NCBI GenBank assembly: GCA_963710375.1
Contig: CAVPZX010000003.1
Coordinates: 352,001-416,000 of the forward strand
From: Nitrospirota bacterium
GTDB taxonomy: Bacteria; Nitrospirota; Thermodesulfovibrionia; Thermodesulfovibrionales; Dissulfurispiraceae
Reading direction: 5' to 3'
Length of the DNA: 64,000 nucleotides
Below, piece after piece: positions 1 through 10,769 of this stretch. The first letter of the stretch is position 1. Every line of letters begins with the position of its first letter. The notes beneath the pieces were generated by a model. That model saw only the letters and a program-made list of their open reading frames with translations, was not told the origin of the DNA and made no database searches. Made by a program: the position numbers and the translations under genes.

Positions 1-2333
1 TGGATGAAGCAATGATAGCAATTGATGCAGAGGGGGTCATCAGGCTGATCAATCGTGCGGCTACGGCGATGTTCGGACGGCCTGAAAATGAACTTCTCGG
101 AAGGCCATTTACAATGATTTTCGGCGAAGGCGCGCAACCGGTACTTGACGGAAGCGCCTCGTCCGGTCCTATAAGCTGTTACGAATTATCCTATGCGCAT
201 ACTGAACATGCCCCGCAAATTCTCAGCATGTCTGCATCATCGATGAAAGACGACAGCGGGCGCGTTATGGCCACTGTTTGCACAGTCAGGGACATTACTG
301 ACAGCAAACGGACGGAAGAGGCGCTCAAGAAGGCAAAGACTGCTGCGGAAGCCGCGAATCTGGCAAAGGGCGAGTTTCTGGCAAACATGAGCCACGAAAT
401 CCGCACCCCTATGAACGGCATCATTGGGATGACCGGTTTGCTTCTTGACACAGAGCTTTCCGGGGAGCAGAGAAACTATGCCGAGATGCTGCACTCAAGC
501 AGCGAGCTGTTGCTGGGGCTGATCAACGACATCCTTGACTTCTCCAAAATAGAGGCAGGCAAACTGGAGATAGAGACAATAGAGTTTGATCTGAGAAACA
601 CGCTTGAAGAAACTGCAGAGTTTATGGCCTTGAGGGCCTATCAAAAGGGTCTGGAGTTGATATGCCGGATAGACCCCGGCGTCCACACATTCCTTATAGG
701 CGACCCTGGCCGGCTTCGCCAGATATTAGTGAACCTGATAGGGAATGCCATCAAGTTCACCTCAGTGGGCGAGGTAGTTATCGAAGCAGTGACGGAATAT
801 GAGAGAGACGGTCAGGTTGCAGTGCGTTTCAATATAAGGGATACCGGCATCGGGATACCGGAAGACAAAATACCTTTATTGTTTGACAGTTTCCAGCAGG
901 TCGATGCCTCTACATCGAGGAAGTTTGGTGGCAGCGGCCTTGGGTTGGCAATATCGAAACGTCTGGTGGAACTAATGAACGGCAGGATAGGAGTTGAAAG
1001 CATAGAAGGGAAGGGCTCCAACTTCTGGTTTACAGCAGTGTTCGATAAGGGGAGCGTGCCCTACAGCAGCAAAGTGCCTCCATTTGCCGATATCAGCGGG
1101 GTAAAGATACTGGCAGTAGACGACAATGCAGTGAACCGCATCGTAATTGCAGAGCAGATGAAGTCGTGGGGAGTGCGCAATGCCGAGGCCGGGGGAGCTT
1201 TAAAGGCGATGGAGATGCTCCATGCTGCTCAAGCTGAAGGGGACCCCTTTCGGGTTGTAGTTACCGATATGGAAATGCCTGGCATGGACGGCGAAGCCCT
1301 TGCCAGGGCCATCAAGGCCGACCCTGTTCTTAAGGATACTTTGATGATTATGCTGACATCCAGTGGAGTGAGGGGAGATTCAAAACGGTTTGCGGGCCTT
1401 GGATTTTCCGCATATCTTACCAAGCCTGTAAGGATGGTCCAACTGCACGACTGCATAGCCGCAGTCCTTGGCGGGAGCAGTCTGCATGAAAAGGAGGAAG
1501 CCGCTATTATCACCGGACACCGGCTTCGTGAGGCATCCAGGCAGAATGCGCGCATTCTACTGGTGGAGGATAACAAAGTGAATAAACTGGTGGCAGAGGG
1601 CATTCTGGGGAAATTGGGGTTTATTGCTGACACTGCTGACAATGGTCAGCAGGCGATCAATATGCTGGAAGCCGCTTCTTACGACATAGTATTCATGGAT
1701 GTGCAGATGCCTGTTATGGATGGGTATCAGGCGACCATGGTTATCAGGAGTGGCAAGACAAAGGCAGCGAATCCCAATGTGCCAATTATTGCAATGACAG
1801 CCCATGCCATGATGGGTGACAGGGAGAAATGCCTGCAAAGCGGTATGGACGATTATATCTCGAAGCCGATCTCGCCGCGCAAATTGTCCAAGGTGCTCGA
1901 AAAGTGGCTGCCACAGGCGAGGGTCAAGTTGCCGTCGGCAACTGATACGACCCATGATAAGACAGCAGGGGCAGCAGAGGCATTGCCGGTCTTTGACTAT
2001 GCAGGGCTAATGGAGCGCATAATGGATGACAAGGGTCTTGCAGGAACAATTGTTACGGCATTCATGAAGGAAATCCCCTGGATGGTTGATGAACTGAGGG
2101 AGCAGATAGAACGGGGTGATGCTGGACTTGCCGGGAGACAAGCCCACAAGATCAAGGGGTCGGCGTCCAATACAGGATTTATGGCAATGAGCGCTATAGC
2201 AGCTGATATGCAGCAGGCCGGAGAACAAGGGGAAATGGAGACACTGATTGCACTTATGCCTGCACTTGAAAGCCAGCTTGAGCTACTGAAGGCTGAAATA
2301 AATGACTCGGGGGTCTTAGAGTCTGCTAATTAA
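1..2333 (+). CDS. Hybrid sensor histidine kinase copy 1 (PAS-HisKA-HATPase-REC-REC-HPt), probably 5'-truncated by window edge
   Basis: H-box [13 protein letters not shown]-box [11 protein letters not shown]-boxes DTGIG/GSGLGL, two REC domains, HPt AHKIKG; the frame is open back to the window start. Confidence 0.95.
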   Translation, partial: DEAMIAIDAEGVIRLINRAATAMFGRPENELLGRPFTMIFGEGAQPVLDGSASSGPISCYELSYAHTEHAPQILSMSASSMKDDSGRVMATVCTVRDITDSKRTEEALKKAKTAAEAANLAKGEFLANMSHEIRTPMNGIIGMTGLLLDTELSGEQRNYAEMLHSSSELLLGLINDILDFSKIEAGKLEIETIEFDLRNTLEETAEFMALRAYQKGLELICRIDPGVHTFLIGDPGRLRQILVNLIGNAIKFTSVGEVVIEAVTEYERDGQVAVRFNIRDTGIGIPEDKIPLLFDSFQQVDASTSRKFGGSGLGLAISKRLVELMNGRIGVESIEGKGSNFWFTAVFDKGSVPYSSKVPPFADISGVKILAVDDNAVNRIVIAEQMKSWGVRNAEAGGALKAMEMLHAAQAEGDPFRVVVTDMEMPGMDGEALARAIKADPVLKDTLMIMLTSSGVRGDSKRFAGLGFSAYLTKPVRMVQLHDCIAAVLGGSSLHEKEEAAIITGHRLREASRQNARILLVEDNKVNKLVAEGILGKLGFIADTADNGQQAINMLEAASYDIVFMDVQMPVMDGYQATMVIRSGKTKAANPNVPIIAMTAHAMMGDREKCLQSGMDDYISKPISPRKLSKVLEKWLPQARVKLPSATDTTHDKTAGAAEALPVFDYAGLMERIMDDKGLAGTIVTAFMKEIPWMVDELREQIERGDAGLAGRQAHKIKGSASNTGFMAMSAIAADMQQAGEQGEMETLIALMPALESQLELLKAEINDSGVLESAN

Positions 2334-2366
2334 CAACTAGAGAATTCAGAAGCTCATATTTGAGTG
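2320..2366 (+). mobile_element. Degenerate left end of the 180-bp MITE family, overlapping the kinase stop codon
   Basis: gagtctgctaattaacaactagagaattcagaagctcatatttgagt aligns without gaps (about 70% by eye) to the MITE left end at 25148; preceded by TTA. Confidence 0.6.
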
Positions 2367-2393
2367 CAGTTGAGAACTTACAAAAGCAATCAA

Positions 2394-2813
2394 CTATCCG
2401 TTGACAATAGTATATCGATAATTTATTTTAGCAACACCTTCGAGAGTTGCTTTAACAGAGCAGTATTTATCCATCGATGATTCTATCGCCTTTTTGACCG
2501 CCTCTTCCTGGAGGTCCTTCCCGGTAATAATATATTCAAGCTCAATTCCTGTGAATTTCATGGGATGGGTCTCGGCTTTAGTACCTGTTACCTTTATTTC
2601 GATGCCGTTCAGTTGCTGTCTTTTCTTCTGAAGGATAGACGCAACATCCATGCCTGTACATCCTCCGATAGCTACTAGAAGCAATTCCATCGGTCGCATC
2701 CCCTTATCGGTACCGCCGTATTTGTCATCGGCGTCCATCACAATTTCATGGTTGGTATCCGACTTACCGAGAAATTGAAGACCCTGTACCCACTTAACTT
2801 TAGCCTCCATCAC
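2394..2813 (-). CDS. OsmC/YhfA family protein
   Basis: RPMELLL..GGCTGMDV and KYCSV motifs. Confidence 0.9.
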   Translation of the reverse strand: MMEAKVKWVQGLQFLGKSDTNHEIVMDADDKYGGTDKGMRPMELLLVAIGGCTGMDVASILQKKRQQLNGIEIKVTGTKAETHPMKFTGIELEYIITGKDLQEEAVKKAIESSMDKYCSVKATLEGVAKINYRYTIVNG

Positions 2814-2835
2814 ATTTGCCTCCCTTTTAGAAAAA

Positions 2836-2926
2836 ATGTTGAATTTTGAATGCTGAATTTTGAATTAAGGAAATTAAATTTTATTTTCCTCCACAATTTA
2901 ACATTCAACATTTAACATTCAACATT
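2836..2926. repeat. Hairpin of inverted heptamer tandem repeats (TGAATTT-like / AACATTY)
   Basis: atgttgaattttgaatgctgaattttgaatt ... aatttaacattcaacatttaacattcaacat; the right arm encodes the ymdB C-terminus. Confidence 0.8.
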
Positions 2927-3705
2927 TCATTTATGAGCTGCACTCTTTGAATCGAGGCAGCCCTGCCACTGTTTTCATCTATTTCCAAGACAACAGCACA
3001 AAGCATTCCTCTACCGGCAGCAATATCGTATTTTCTCGGCATATGGTTGAGGAATTTATCAATTATCTGTTTTTTCTCTACCCCGATTACGGATATCTCC
3101 GGCCCTGTCATGCCGACATCAGTAATATATGCTGTACCTTCGGGAAGAATTTTCTCATCTGCTGTTTGTACATGCGTATGCGTACCCACTACAGCACTGA
3201 TTTTACCATCCATGTAGTAGCCGAACGCCGTCTTTTCCGATGTTGCTTCTGCATGCATATCGATAATTATTATATTTGTTATTTCCGAAAGCCGCTCGAC
3301 TTCATGCAAAGATGTTCTGAAGGGACAATCAAGTATATTCATGAACACTCTGCCCGAAACATTGATTACCGCAACCTTTTCCTTGCCGGGGAGTGTTATA
3401 ACTATACTCCCTGTGCCGGGCACGCCGGAAGGATAGTTGATAGGCCTCAGTACTCTGTTCTCTTTGGTGATGTAAGGAAGGGCATCCTTTTTGTCCCATA
3501 TGTGATTACCTGTGGTAATAACATGAACGCCGTAATCAAAAAGTTCCTTGGCAGTTTGTTCTGTGATACCGAAACCGCCTGCCGCATTCTCGCCATTAGC
3601 GATAACAAAGTCCAATTTATAATTTTGTACGAGGCCTGGCAATAGTGCCCTTACAGTCTGTCTGCCTATCTTGCCGACAATATCACCGATGAAAAGAATA
3701 TTCAT
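2905..3705 (-). CDS. ymdB: YmdB-family (TIGR00282) metallophosphoesterase
   Basis: GDIVG, NGEN, GNH, DMHAEATSEK, GTHTH, TDVGMTG motifs; downstream of rny. Confidence 0.93.
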   Translation of the reverse strand: MNILFIGDIVGKIGRQTVRALLPGLVQNYKLDFVIANGENAAGGFGITEQTAKELFDYGVHVITTGNHIWDKKDALPYITKENRVLRPINYPSGVPGTGSIVITLPGKEKVAVINVSGRVFMNILDCPFRTSLHEVERLSEITNIIIIDMHAEATSEKTAFGYYMDGKISAVVGTHTHVQTADEKILPEGTAYITDVGMTGPEISVIGVEKKQIIDKFLNHMPRKYDIAAGRGMLCAVVLEIDENSGRAASIQRVQLINEMLNVKC

Positions 3706-3710
3706 AATAA

Positions 3711-3780
3711 AGTCAGGTTAAGGTCAAGGTCAAGGTTAAGGTTAAGAATAACATCTCAACCTCAACCTCAACCTCGACCT
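3711..3780. repeat. Hairpin of inverted hexamer repeats (AAGGTY)n / (CTCAAC)n
   Basis: Visible between rny and ymdB. Confidence 0.85.
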
Positions 3781-3787
3781 TGTCTTT

Positions 3788-5353
3788 TTATTTCGCATAA
3801 TCAACATAGCGCGCTTCCCGTATGACGGTCACTTTTATCTGACCAGGATATGTCATCTCTGCTTCGATTTTTCGAGCGAGTTCTTTTGACACAGCCGCAC
3901 ACATTGTGTCATCCATGTCATCAGGTTTTACAATAATTCTGATTTCTCTTCCAGCTTGAATTGCATAACACTTCTCGACGCCGTTAAAGGACAACGCAAG
4001 CTCTTCAAGCTTTTCAAGTCGTTTCAAGTAGTTCTCGATGCTCTCTCTTCTTACTCCAGGCCGGGCCGCAGACAAAGCGTCTCCGGCAGCCACGAGGGCT
4101 GATTCAACACAAGTAAAGTCGATTTCTCCGTGATGCGCCTGTATCGTATTGATTACCTTATCAGTTTCAGCATATTTTTTTGCCAGGGCGGCTCCAATCT
4201 CCTGATGTGAGCCTTCTATCTCGTGGTCGACCGCTTTTCCTATGTCATGCAGCAGGCCACCGCGCTTCGCAAGTTTTATATCAACGCCCAGTTCTCCAGC
4301 CATCATGCCCGCAAGGTAGGCGACTTCTTTTGAGTGCTGGAGAATGTTCTGGCCATACGATGAGCGGTATTTTAAGCGTCCTATAATTTTGATAAGTTCC
4401 GGATGAATTCCGGAGATACCGAGGTCAAAGACCGCTTTTTCGCCCTCTTCCCTGATTGTTACGTCGATCTCCTTCTTGACCTTTTCTACCAACTCCTCGA
4501 TCCTGGCAGGGTGAATCCTGCCGTCGTTGACAAGGCGTTCAAGTGCAATTCTGGCGATCTCACGCCTCACAGGATCATGGGCGGAAAGCGTTACGAGTTC
4601 GGGTGTGTCATCAATTATAATATCGACCCCGGTAGCGGCTTCAAATGTCCTGATATTTCTACCTTCCCTGCCGATTATTCTTCCCTTCATCTCATCATTA
4701 GGAAGGCTTACCGCAGAAACCGTTGCATCGACAATATAATCACTGGCATACCTTTGTACCGCAAAACTTATGATCTCTTTAGCTTTTTTTTCCGCCGATT
4801 CCTTTGCCTCATCTTCGATCTTCTTGGCCAGCTTGGCGGCGTCAAATCTTGATTCTTCTTCCACTCTCCTCAGAAGCTCCTTTTTAGCTTCTTCTGTGGT
4901 CGTGGCTGATACTCTCTCAAGGACCTGTGTCTCTTCCCTGATAAGCTGTGCATAGTGGTTCTCTTTTTCGACCAACGAGCGTTCTCTGCCATTGAATTCC
5001 CTTTCTTTTCTGTTGAGTTCGTGGTCCCTTTTATCTAGTTGGTCAATCTTCTTCTCCTGTTGTTCTTCTTTGAGTCTGAGTCGTTTATCGAGCTGATTCA
5101 GTTCTCTTGTCCTCTCACGAATCTCTTTTTCCGCTTCAATTTTAGCCTGGTATGCCTGGTCTTTTGCAGCAATAGCCGCTTCTTTCTTAATTGACTCCAC
5201 TTCACGTCTTGCAGCTTCAAGAAGCCGCTCGTGCTCTCTTTTTGTTGCATCTCTTTCAGATTTAAGGGTAATCCTGTAAATAGAGACAAAGACGATAGCG
5301 CAGACGATTCCTACTGCAACAGCTATAAGAATATAGATCATGGTATTACTCAT
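3788..5353 (-). CDS. rny: Ribonuclease Y
   Basis: N-terminal TM helix, coiled coil, KH domain ([13 protein letters not shown]), HD domain (LLHDIGK). Confidence 0.97.
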   Translation of the reverse strand: MSNTMIYILIAVAVGIVCAIVFVSIYRITLKSERDATKREHERLLEAARREVESIKKEAAIAAKDQAYQAKIEAEKEIRERTRELNQLDKRLRLKEEQQEKKIDQLDKRDHELNRKEREFNGRERSLVEKENHYAQLIREETQVLERVSATTTEEAKKELLRRVEEESRFDAAKLAKKIEDEAKESAEKKAKEIISFAVQRYASDYIVDATVSAVSLPNDEMKGRIIGREGRNIRTFEAATGVDIIIDDTPELVTLSAHDPVRREIARIALERLVNDGRIHPARIEELVEKVKKEIDVTIREEGEKAVFDLGISGIHPELIKIIGRLKYRSSYGQNILQHSKEVAYLAGMMAGELGVDIKLAKRGGLLHDIGKAVDHEIEGSHQEIGAALAKKYAETDKVINTIQAHHGEIDFTCVESALVAAGDALSAARPGVRRESIENYLKRLEKLEELALSFNGVEKCYAIQAGREIRIIVKPDDMDDTMCAAVSKELARKIEAEMTYPGQIKVTVIREARYVDYAK

Positions 5354-5419
5354 AGGGCAATCCTCCTCTTAAAACTTTTATTGCAATCCGGCTATTGCCT
5401 GAAACGATCAGCAGCAAGA

Positions 5420-5513
5420 TTGCATAAAATTACCAGGGGAGGAATGGATAGAAACGGCGCGGAAAACTTAAAGACTGCGTAGATGCCAGGAGCAGGATAT
5501 GATTTTTACGCAA
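5420..5513. repeat. Stem-closed motif, copy B (related to 5636-5748)
   Basis: Imperfect closing stem ttgcataaaatta / tgatttttacgcaa; internal blocks shared with copy A. Confidence 0.5.
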
Positions 5514-5635
5514 ACAATAGGTAGTGCAGTACCTCGCACTGAACATATCTGTTTATTGCAAATGCTGTAACACTCGTTAAGAGCATCCGGTCTCCTTTAT
5601 CTGTAAAACATCAATCGCAGCTATCCAAGCGTCCC

Positions 5636-5748
5636 CATTAGTAATTACCACCAGAGGATACATACAAGACCCCGCAAAATTCAAAGACTTTGTGAGGCGC
5701 CCTCCTGAAGAGCAGGAGCGAAGTATTCTATGCCGGTAATTACTAATG
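5636..5748. repeat. Stem-closed motif, copy A; candidate structured RNA
   Basis: Perfect 14-bp inverted repeat cattagtaattacc / ggtaattactaatg with internal hairpins such as ctcctg..caggag. Confidence 0.55.
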
Positions 5749-5771
5749 CGTTTATTCATCTATATTAATTA

Positions 5772-5950
5772 AAGCCCACCCTGCAGTGTAGGCGAAAATC
5801 AGATCTCTATCATTCTACAGTGGGTGCCTTGAAAGTAGCTTAGGCTCTCTCCCGCGATGGAGATATGCACACCGTTTACCTTACGTCGGCTCCCTTAAAG
5901 ATCCAATTTGCGAGATCAACATTATCCCCTAATCACTAACAGGGCAGGTA
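5772..5950 (-). ncRNA. ssrS: 6S RNA
   Basis: About 180 nt; terminal stem ccctg / caggg; 6S-like blocks gggagccga, cggtgtgcat, cacccac; upstream of rny as is typical. Confidence 0.8.
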
Positions 5951-6062
5951 TTTATTACCATTGCATTATTAAAACAGAAAATACAGCAGATAAGCAACTA
6001 AAATCTTGCATATGACAGACGATAGGTTATCACCTGCCACCATGGCTTGAATAAGAGCATAT

Positions 6063-6839
6063 GTGCGTGGTATGATTTTTGTGATGCGATATATCTTCCT
6101 GATAGCGTTGTTTTTATGTTCGGCTTCTGAAATACGCGCCGATATCTATAAACATATCTCGGCAGATGGCGTTATTCTTTTCTCCAACACATCTTTGGGA
6201 GCAAGCAGCACGATAGTGATTAAAGAAAGAAGAGTGCCCCTGAAAAGTATTAATGGGCACAATACTGTTCACCCCGGCTTGACTTTCCAAAAAGTTTCAT
6301 ACCTTCAAAAAGCCGGGGACTTTTCGAGTTCCCGAAGCATGGAGTCCATTCATGCAACTGTCGATGAAAAAGCAAGGCTGCATAATATTGATCCCCAATT
6401 GGTGGAGGCAGTGATAAGGGCGGAATCGAACTGGAACCCTTACGCAGTATCGCCGAAAGGGGCTCTAGGTCTCATGCAGCTCATGCCTTCAACTGCCGCG
6501 CTCTTGGGCGTAGCAAATCCTTTTGATCCCGAAGAGAACATTGACGGTGGAGTTCGGTATCTCAAGCACATGCTTGAACGATTCAACGGTGATCTTACAC
6601 TGGCGCTGGCAGCTTACAACGCCGGACCCAAAATGGTCGAGAAGAACGGCATGGTTCCGTCTATTCCTGAGACAGTCGCTTATGTAAAAAGAGTTCTGGA
6701 ATATTACAAGGGCGAAAAGGGAATTCATTTTAATTCAACTGCGGATGCCCTGGAAATACAAAAAGAAATCAGAAAAGAATACAAGAGGGTAAAGAAAGTA
6801 ATTTTAGAAGACGGTACATTGCTTTTTACCAATTCATAA
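6063..6839 (+). CDS. Lytic transglycosylase (DUF4124-like N-terminus plus SLT domain)
   Basis: VIRAES, GALGLMQLMP, ALAAYNAG motifs; signal peptide; exact start uncertain. Confidence 0.9.
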   Translation: MRGMIFVMRYIFLIALFLCSASEIRADIYKHISADGVILFSNTSLGASSTIVIKERRVPLKSINGHNTVHPGLTFQKVSYLQKAGDFSSSRSMESIHATVDEKARLHNIDPQLVEAVIRAESNWNPYAVSPKGALGLMQLMPSTAALLGVANPFDPEENIDGGVRYLKHMLERFNGDLTLALAAYNAGPKMVEKNGMVPSIPETVAYVKRVLEYYKGEKGIHFNSTADALEIQKEIRKEYKRVKKVILEDGTLLFTNS

Positions 6840-6873
6840 AGTGCCCAATCTTACTGAAGTGACAAAGAACTGA

Positions 6874-7860
6874 ATGTCCGCCGACCCCGAAGCTATAAAA
6901 AAAGAAATACTCGAATTAAAGCAGAGCAGAAAGGCTGTAATACTCGCGCACAATTACCAGAGAGGCGAGGTGCAGGACATCGCCGATTTTGTCGGCGACT
7001 CCCTGGAACTTTCGCGAAACGCGGCGGCTATGGATTGCGAGGTAATTGTTTTTTGCGGCGTAGATTTTATGGCGGAGAGCGCCTCTATACTTTCTCCCGA
7101 AAAAACAGTGCTTCTTACTGAAATAGATGCCTCTTGTCCCATGGCTGAGATGATCCAGGTAGACGCCCCAAGATCGGTGAGGCCGGCATATCCAGGATAC
7201 GAGGTCCAGCCTTCGTTTGTTTTTCCCCATGATTTTACGCTCAGAGACATCAAGTCGCAATATCCCGGCGTCCCTGTTGTCGCATATGTGAATACGACCG
7301 CAGAGATCAAGGCTGAGAGCGACATCTGTTGTACCTCGTCAAATGTTGTAAAAGTGATTGAATCGCTGCCGGATGAAAGAGTCATTTGCGTGCCTGACAG
7401 GAATCTGGCTATGTGGGCTGCTAAAAACACGGGCAAAGAGATAATTTCATGGGACGGATTCTGTCACGTCCATGACAGAGTGACAAAGGACGATGTCCTT
7501 AGAGCACGAAAAGCCCATCCCTGGGCCCTATTAATGGCCCATCCCGAATGCAGGCTCGAGGTATTGGAGCTTGCCGACTACGTAACCAGCACTTCGGGCA
7601 TGCTGCGGTTTGCCCGTTCTTCCGAGGCTAATGAATTTATCATAGGGACAGAAATCGGTATCATGCACCGGATGAAGAGAGAGAACCCGGAAAAGGTGTT
7701 TCATCCGCTCAGAAATGATATGATCTGTCCGAACATGAAAAAAACAACATTAAACAGTGTCTTACGAGCGCTCAAGGACAATACTTACATCATTAAAGTC
7801 CCCGAAACAGTAAGGATCCCCGCGAAAAGATCACTCGACAGAATGCTGGAGCTGTCATAG
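6874..7860 (+). CDS. nadA: Quinolinate synthase
   Basis: ILAHNYQ, GDSLEL, CGVDFMAE, YVNT, AHPEC and three Fe-S cysteines. Confidence 0.96.
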   Translation: MSADPEAIKKEILELKQSRKAVILAHNYQRGEVQDIADFVGDSLELSRNAAAMDCEVIVFCGVDFMAESASILSPEKTVLLTEIDASCPMAEMIQVDAPRSVRPAYPGYEVQPSFVFPHDFTLRDIKSQYPGVPVVAYVNTTAEIKAESDICCTSSNVVKVIESLPDERVICVPDRNLAMWAAKNTGKEIISWDGFCHVHDRVTKDDVLRARKAHPWALLMAHPECRLEVLELADYVTSTSGMLRFARSSEANEFIIGTEIGIMHRMKRENPEKVFHPLRNDMICPNMKKTTLNSVLRALKDNTYIIKVPETVRIPAKRSLDRMLELS

Positions 7861-7863
7861 ACG

Positions 7864-8997
7864 GTGCCGCCTCTGAAGCAAAAAATTGCCGATCGAATCA
7901 AGACAGAGGGGCCTATAAGTTTTGAGACATTTATGGCCCTTGCCCTTTACGATCCCGAATTGGGTTATTACACCAGGTCTTCAACAACTATCGGCAGGGC
8001 AGGAGATTTTTATACGAGCCCTCATCTCCACAGGATTTTCGGAATGATGATAGGCAGACAGATGGAAGAAATGTGGGATATTATAGGGAGGCCGGACAGG
8101 TTTCATATTGTAGAAATGGGCGCCGGCATGGGATATCTCGCAAAAGATATGCTCGACTATATCAGTACAAAAGAACTGTCAAGGCATATAGATTACTCCA
8201 TTGTTGAGCTCAATCCGGCCGTGCGTGAAAGGCAACAAACCCTGCTCGGTTTGCATGCAGGGAAGATACGCTGGTTCTCCGGTCTTGGTGATATCGGGAC
8301 AGTAGCAGGATGCTTCCTTTCAAATGAACTGCTTGATGCATTTCCGGTGCATCTGATTGTTAAGAGGGATGAGTTAATGGAGGTTTTTGTCACCCTACAG
8401 GACGTGAAGGATAACGAGCTTGCCGACACGCTTGTCGAGGTGGAAAGACCATGTAATAGCACTTTATCTGCTTACTCACATGACTTCTCGATAGAAATCC
8501 CTGTGGGATATAAAACGGAAATCAATTTAAAAATTAAGGATTGGCTTTCGGAAGTATATAAAAAACTTGAAAGAGGATTTATTCTGACAATAGATTACGG
8601 TTTTTCGTCTGCGGAATACTACAGTGAGGAAAGAACCACCGGCACACTTCTTTGCTATTATAAGCACCAGGTCAATGAAGATCCCTATCAGCATATAGGA
8701 GAACAGGACATTACAGCGCATGTAAACTTCTCATCAATAAAGAAATGGGGTGAAGAGTTGGGGCTGAGGACGGAAGGCTATTGTCCACAGGGAACTTATC
8801 TGGTGTCCCTCGGAATCGATGAACTAATAACAGAAATGTACGGCCAATCCCCGGACCCATTCGAGATTGCCCAAATCAAAGGTCTGATTTTCCCGCAGGG
8901 CATGGGAGCGTCACATCAGGTTATGGTGCAGAGCAAGGGAATTGACGAGGTAAAGTTGCGCGGCTTTAAGCTCAGAAACCACGTCGGAAGACTATAG
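7864..8997 (+). CDS. SAM-dependent methyltransferase, MidA/NDUFAF7 family
   Basis: GDFYTSP, EMGAGMG, NELLDAFP, IDYG, QDITAHVNF. Confidence 0.9.
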   Translation: MPPLKQKIADRIKTEGPISFETFMALALYDPELGYYTRSSTTIGRAGDFYTSPHLHRIFGMMIGRQMEEMWDIIGRPDRFHIVEMGAGMGYLAKDMLDYISTKELSRHIDYSIVELNPAVRERQQTLLGLHAGKIRWFSGLGDIGTVAGCFLSNELLDAFPVHLIVKRDELMEVFVTLQDVKDNELADTLVEVERPCNSTLSAYSHDFSIEIPVGYKTEINLKIKDWLSEVYKKLERGFILTIDYGFSSAEYYSEERTTGTLLCYYKHQVNEDPYQHIGEQDITAHVNFSSIKKWGEELGLRTEGYCPQGTYLVSLGIDELITEMYGQSPDPFEIAQIKGLIFPQGMGASHQVMVQSKGIDEVKLRGFKLRNHVGRL

Positions 8998-9760
8998 CGA
9001 TGAGATCGAGCTCCTCCAGGCGACTTATGCTTTTCAGCACGTGCTCCACGGAATGAGCTTCTATAGTGTGAATGATTGATGCCGTTGACTTTAGCGTGTT
9101 GAACAACGTTCTGAAGTCGAATGTGCCATCCCCAATCGGGAGATGCTGATCGGCGCTTCTGTCGTTGTCATGCAGATGGAGTTCGATAATATAAGGGCCC
9201 AGACTATCGAGCCACTCATCCAGCGGGACTTTTGAAAAAAGATTGCAGTGGCCGGTATCAAAGCATATCCCGAAATTACCTGAATCCATTTCTTTCATCA
9301 GCAGTATCAGATTTGCCGGTGTGTCTTCAAAGATATTCTCGATGGCTATTTTGACCCCGATACTTTGAGCTTTTTCGTTGAGAGGCTTCCATGTCTCCAG
9401 GCTTTTTCGCAGCCAGAGGTCGGTAGAAAGCGCGTATTTCCACTTCTCATAACCTGAGTGAAAGACGATGCATTCAGGTTTCAAAACCTTAGCGGGCTTC
9501 AGCATTTGGTTGAACCGGTACACAGTAGCTTCACGCACTTTAGCATCTACAGCACCGGGGCACAGGTCCATAAAAGGCGCATGCATCGAAAGCGAAGGGA
9601 TGTATTTTAGGCTTTTCCTTAATGCTTCAAGTGACTGGGTGTCGATTGAATCGAGGACATCAGTATTAAAATATATCTCGAGGTTGGGCCTGTGAGAGTT
9701 GATGAAAGACAGGTTCCCTGCAATTTTCTCGTAAGGCACATGGATATGCGGACCAGCCAT
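8972..9760 (-). CDS. Sugar phosphate isomerase/epimerase (AP endonuclease 2 TIM barrel)
   Basis: HAPF, ENIFE, CFDTGH, HLHDN, DQHLPIGDG. Confidence 0.85.
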   Translation of the reverse strand: MAGPHIHVPYEKIAGNLSFINSHRPNLEIYFNTDVLDSIDTQSLEALRKSLKYIPSLSMHAPFMDLCPGAVDAKVREATVYRFNQMLKPAKVLKPECIVFHSGYEKWKYALSTDLWLRKSLETWKPLNEKAQSIGVKIAIENIFEDTPANLILLMKEMDSGNFGICFDTGHCNLFSKVPLDEWLDSLGPYIIELHLHDNDRSADQHLPIGDGTFDFRTLFNTLKSTASIIHTIEAHSVEHVLKSISRLEELDLIAIVFRRGF

Positions 9761-9762
9761 TG

Positions 9763-10098
9763 TTATGATGCAGCTGCAGGCTCTTTTTTGGTCTCGGTCT
9801 TTGGTTCTTTGGCGCTGTCTGTCTTGGATTCGGCTTTTACATCAGTCGATGTTTCAGTCTCTTTGCTCCCGGTGGATTTCTTATCAGACTCGGAGCTTTT
9901 TTTCGCGGTTCCCGAGTCTTTGCGGCCATAATCCGTTACATACCAGCCGCTTCCTTTCAGGACAAAGGTCGTGTTCGATATAAGCTTCTTCAGTTGGCCG
10001 CCGCATTCAGGACAGGTGTCAAGCAGCGCATCGCTGAATTTCTGCATTGCCTCGGTAGTTTTCCCGCAAGCGAGGCATTCATATTCGTATATAGGCAT
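9763..10098 (-). CDS. FmdB-family zinc ribbon protein
   Basis: MPIYEYEC..C, CPECG, FVLKGSGWYVTDY, low-complexity tail. Confidence 0.92.
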   Translation of the reverse strand: MPIYEYECLACGKTTEAMQKFSDALLDTCPECGGQLKKLISNTTFVLKGSGWYVTDYGRKDSGTAKKSSESDKKSTGSKETETSTDVKAESKTDSAKEPKTETKKEPAAAS

Positions 10099-10183
10099 CT
10101 TTTTTCTCCTCTACCATAAAGGTATCTACTTAATATAATCGACTTGAGGCAGTCAGGTCAAGGAAACAGTTATATCATCCGCA

Positions 10184-10367
10184 ATTCAGACAGTGGACAA
10201 GTCTCGGGAGCGAATCGCGGAGTCATGGTAACAGTTCCTAGCGAAGAGAGCGTTAAACAGTCGCTATGTTTGAGCCCGCAGGGCGAGTTTAGCGACTGTA
10301 GCGAACAAGCCTTTGGAACTGTCATGACGCAGCGTCTGAGCGTAGGAGACTTGTCCACTGTCTGAAT
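10184..10367. mobile_element. Palindromic MITE-like element (second family), 184 bp
   Basis: Perfect 22-bp terminal inverted repeat attcagacagtggacaagtctc; nested stems acagttcc / ggaactgt and acagtcgcta / tagcgactgt. Confidence 0.75.
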
Positions 10368-10380
10368 CACCGTTATATTA

Positions 10381-10410
10381 TTGACATTAGAGAGCATTTT
10401 TTGTTTTAAT
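10381..10410 (+). promoter_or_regulatory. Putative sigma70 promoter of rplU-rpmA
   Basis: TTGACA-N18-TTTAAT. Confidence 0.5.
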
Positions 10411-10441
10411 AATCATTCGAGATTATTTCGGGGGTGAATGA

Positions 10442-10756
10442 ATGTACGCAATTGTTGAATCAGGCGGCGAACAGATAAGGATATCGGAGGGCGATACGGT
10501 CCGCGTAAATAAAATCGACGCTGATATTAATACTGAAATAGTGATTGACAAAGTTTTGATGTTTGAAGACGGCGGTAAAGCTGTATGGGGCGCCCCCTAT
10601 GTAAAAGGCGCCAGTGTGAAAGCCGAAATTATGGGATCGGGAAGGTACGACAAGATCATGGTGTTGAAAACTACCCCGAAAAAAGCGCACAATAAGATCA
10701 GGGGACACAGACAACAGTATACTACGGTCAAGATCAAAGAGATAACTATAGGATAA
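10442..10756 (+). CDS. rplU: 50S ribosomal protein L21
   Basis: [18 protein letters not shown]; upstream of rpmA. Confidence 0.95.
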   Translation: MYAIVESGGEQIRISEGDTVRVNKIDADINTEIVIDKVLMFEDGGKAVWGAPYVKGASVKAEIMGSGRYDKIMVLKTTPKKAHNKIRGHRQQYTTVKIKEITIG

Positions 10757-10769
10757 GCGGAGGTCATCT

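Noticed and set aside
2317..2340. GAGTCTG at the end of kinase copy 1 as a fourth AG(T)CTG frameshift
   Set aside because: It aligns without gaps to GGGTCTG in copy 2 and to the MITE end, so no insertion is needed
3711..3780. Short repeats as a CRISPR array
   Set aside because: Units are 6-9 nt with no unique spacers and no cas genes
5577..5759. 60-aa ORF downstream of 6S RNA
   Set aside because: No recognisable motif or RBS, and it overlaps the structured motif
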